A DNA stretch of 39,739 nucleotides from Flavobacteriales bacterium (lineage in GTDB: Bacteria; Bacteroidota; Bacteroidia; Flavobacteriales_G; JALEGO01), in NCBI GenBank assembly GCA_022763165.1, contig JALEGO010000631.1, forward strand, positions 1 through 39,739, read 5' to 3'. Shown one piece after another: positions 38,401-39,739 of the stretch. The first letter of the stretch is position 1, and each line of letters begins with the position of its first letter. The position numbers and the translations under genes are program-made. The notes under the pieces were generated by a model. That model was not told the origin of the DNA. It ran no database searches and saw only the letters and a list, made by a program, of their open reading frames with translations.

Positions 38401-39739
38401 CCATTCCACAACAATGTGTACAAGACACTTTGTTCATTACTTTGAACCCTGTTAATGATCTTCCAATAGTTAATAATGATTCTGTTTGGGTAGATGAAGA
38501 CGGTCAGATGGTGTTTAACCCATTGACCAATGATACTGATTCAAATGACGTTCTAGGAGGAATTAATATTTCATCCTTAGATACAGTTCCTGGTTCAGGA
38601 CCATTCAATGGCAACATCTCAATTGATCCAGCAACTGGAGATATTACCTACATTCCAAATGCTAACTTTAATGGCCTAGATAGCTTCCAAGTAATAGTAT
38701 GCGATACCGGCTTTCCTCAACCACCACTATGCGATACATCTTGGACGATCATTGTGGTGAATTCTATTAATGATATTCCAGTAGCATTGAACGATACGAA
38801 TCAAGTTGACTACAATGGATCCACAACTATTGATGTTCTTAACAATGATACAGATGACGATGGAGATTCATTGAGCGTATCCATTTTTGGCAATCCTATT
38901 AATGGAACAGCCACCATTGTAAATGGCATGATTACATATAGTCCCGACTCTGGGTTCTGTGGTTGGGATGTGTTCTTATATCTTGCATGCGATGCTAGTG
39001 ATTGTGACACTGCACTTGTTTTAGTGGAAGTAGTTCCTGCAGACACCGATGGAGACGGCATCGTAGATCACATAGATGGATTCTCTGATTTTGATGGAGA
39101 CGGCCTAGCAAATTATCTTGACACTGATAGTGACAATGATGGAATCTCTGACGCCATAGAAGGTCCTGGTGATTTATCAGATATCTGCAATCAAGTTCTA
39201 GCTGACACTGATGGTGATCTCTCTCCAGACTATCTAGACAATGATAGTGATGGAGATGGTTTAGGCGATCAGTTGGAGGTTACAGATTCAATCTTAGACA
39301 CAGATGGCGATGGGCTCCTTGATTTCAGAGACCCTGACAGTGACAATGACGGCATTGGCGATTTGGCTGAATATGATGCAGATGAAAATGGTGTTGTTGA
39401 TGATTGTGATAATGATGGAACACCAGATTGGCTAGACGCTGATGAATGCACAGTTCAAGAATTAGTGATTCCGGAAGCCTTCTCACCTGATGGTGATGGG
39501 AAAAATGATCTTTTAGAATTCCCAGGCTTATCGAATTTCGAGTCTAACTCTCTTTTAATCTTTAATCGATGGGGAAATAAAGTATTTGAAGCATCGCCCT
39601 ATAACAATGATTGGGATGCGATTTCTAGTGGAAATCTCAACACCGGTTCTGGGAAGGTGCCTGCAGGAACCTATTATTATGTCTTGGATTTAGGAGATGG
39701 AAGTGATCCCAAGTCAGGATATATTTATATAAGTTATTA
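35463..39739 (+). CDS. Large (~1425 aa) adhesin-like protein: Ca-binding DxDxDG repeats, tandem ~95-aa Ig/cadherin-like repeats, T9SS type B (gliding-motility-associated) CTD; stop codon cut by window end
   Basis: ATG 35463 after in-frame TAA 35457; MNRIFIGIIF signal; VNDAP/EDxx/YxP repeats; ends IPEAFSPDGDGKND...IFNRWG...GTYYY...GYIYISY then TA- at the edge, in frame with the start. Confidence 0.88.
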   Translation, partial: MNRIFIGIIFMMTTFSVNLYSQDFDLDGVPDAIDVDDDNDGLCDSVELSSAFVNYVRNCDAPVSGTHRIGPTQFVFNNYGPGVPIDSGGSGSSTCPGSTGWRQFRCRTDLGGSHYILYSFLPGGDSLSFTTDISGTLCHGFEVTLADIDRDDGLYFVAYSGGSIISADSIWKGPGIKDSLNFYWDTTGSSGSFTDSLFQTRWYFNSGTCVDSIQMKFYSNKTTCQTSVNNLLRFRSMVLDSDGDGLSDQFDTDADGDGCYDVLEAFLDPALDLDGDGIAGDGIETVDGSGLPTIMGGSCQAVNSFTYRDSNIISSACDTILPGNELLNINEDNSGSVAVLANNSDINGDSMFVTVVNPTTAAGASAVFQIADSTILYTPVGNFCGQDEVYYEVCDSTIPVLCIVDTIFVNVACVNDTPTGGNENSATLEDFVSGNVNLLSNNADVDNDSLVLVINPISPNGGTISSPSAGVIVYNPTPNWDGIDTIIYQVCDTVTPALCVTDTLFMTVIPNNDQPQINNDSAVVSEDNTIIIDPLINDSDSNDVLGGIDSTSVDTIPSTGPFNGMVSIDPVTGQLTYTPNLNFNGLDSFRIEVCDTGYPLPALCRNSLVYIEVLPLPDPPMSAPEYVTIDEDSSLTSFDVLSNNIDPEGDSIIAGAYPGTSTQGFPVGQNPDGTLDYSPPSNWYGMDTIVINVCDTTGLCNTDTVFITVTPVNDAPITTNDTLFIIQSGDTLNACVSFSDPDLPEDSLVCNVISGPINGTWTSTSFDCFSYIPDSGWIGNDTITKVICDTAGLCDTSIIVISSQLNPILPPSISDDSVSMNEDDTLSYCLTITDPNLPNDSVYISSIGNPNNGITDSISPYCINYIPNTNWFGLDTIMFVACDTSGQCDTAWLIVNVLNVSDAPVNGNENITIDEDSVISSLDLTINNSDPDGDSILVNLPITSSAGSNIVINADGTIGYTPPTNFHGMDTVWYMVCDTTIPQQCVQDTLFITLNPVNDLPIVNNDSVWVDEDGQMVFNPLTNDTDSNDVLGGINISSLDTVPGSGPFNGNISIDPATGDITYIPNANFNGLDSFQVIVCDTGFPQPPLCDTSWTIIVVNSINDIPVALNDTNQVDYNGSTTIDVLNNDTDDDGDSLSVSIFGNPINGTATIVNGMITYSPDSGFCGWDVFLYLACDASDCDTALVLVEVVPADTDGDGIVDHIDGFSDFDGDGLANYLDTDSDNDGISDAIEGPGDLSDICNQVLADTDGDLSPDYLDNDSDGDGLGDQLEVTDSILDTDGDGLLDFRDPDSDNDGIGDLAEYDADENGVVDDCDNDGTPDWLDADECTVQELVIPEAFSPDGDGKNDLLEFPGLSNFESNSLLIFNRWGNKVFEASPYNNDWDAISSGNLNTGSGKVPAGTYYYVLDLGDGSDPKSGYIYISY

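Noticed and set aside
39040-39445. Repetitive GAT/GAC-rich tract as CRISPR or DNA repeat
   Set aside because: Encodes DxDxDG calcium-binding repeats; no constant repeat-spacer structure and no cas genes

Overview
AT-rich Bacteroidota (probably Flavobacteriales-like) chromosomal segment; the assignment rests on T9SS C-terminal domains, TAnnTTTG promoters and DUF4249-type lipoproteins. The housekeeping core is glyQS, a fadA/fadB beta-oxidation pair, pth-rplY-prs and tRNA-Leu(CAA). Accessory content is seven T9SS cargo genes (GH13 amylase, C10 protease, two dockerin+cohesin proteins, a PKD protein, one uncharacterised protein and a ~1425-aa adhesin missing from the ORF track), a TonB receptor with two lipoproteins, a BRCT-LRR protein and a frameshifted SMI1/KNR4 gene. 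Two candidate undescribed systems stand out. (1) A CqsA/BioF-family PLP enzyme fused to a GNAT domain lies divergent from an operon encoding a SpoIIAA/STAS-like protein, a soluble HAMP-PAS kinase and a LuxR regulator, followed by the adhesin; this may be a self-made lipid/aminoketone signal circuit. (2) A twice-repeated head-to-head module pairs a secreted dockerin-cohesin protein with a ~460-aa winged-helix/TPR-like putative regulator across a conserved promoter spacer; one regulator copy carries an in-frame TGA. All domain calls come from motif recognition by eye; no searches were run.
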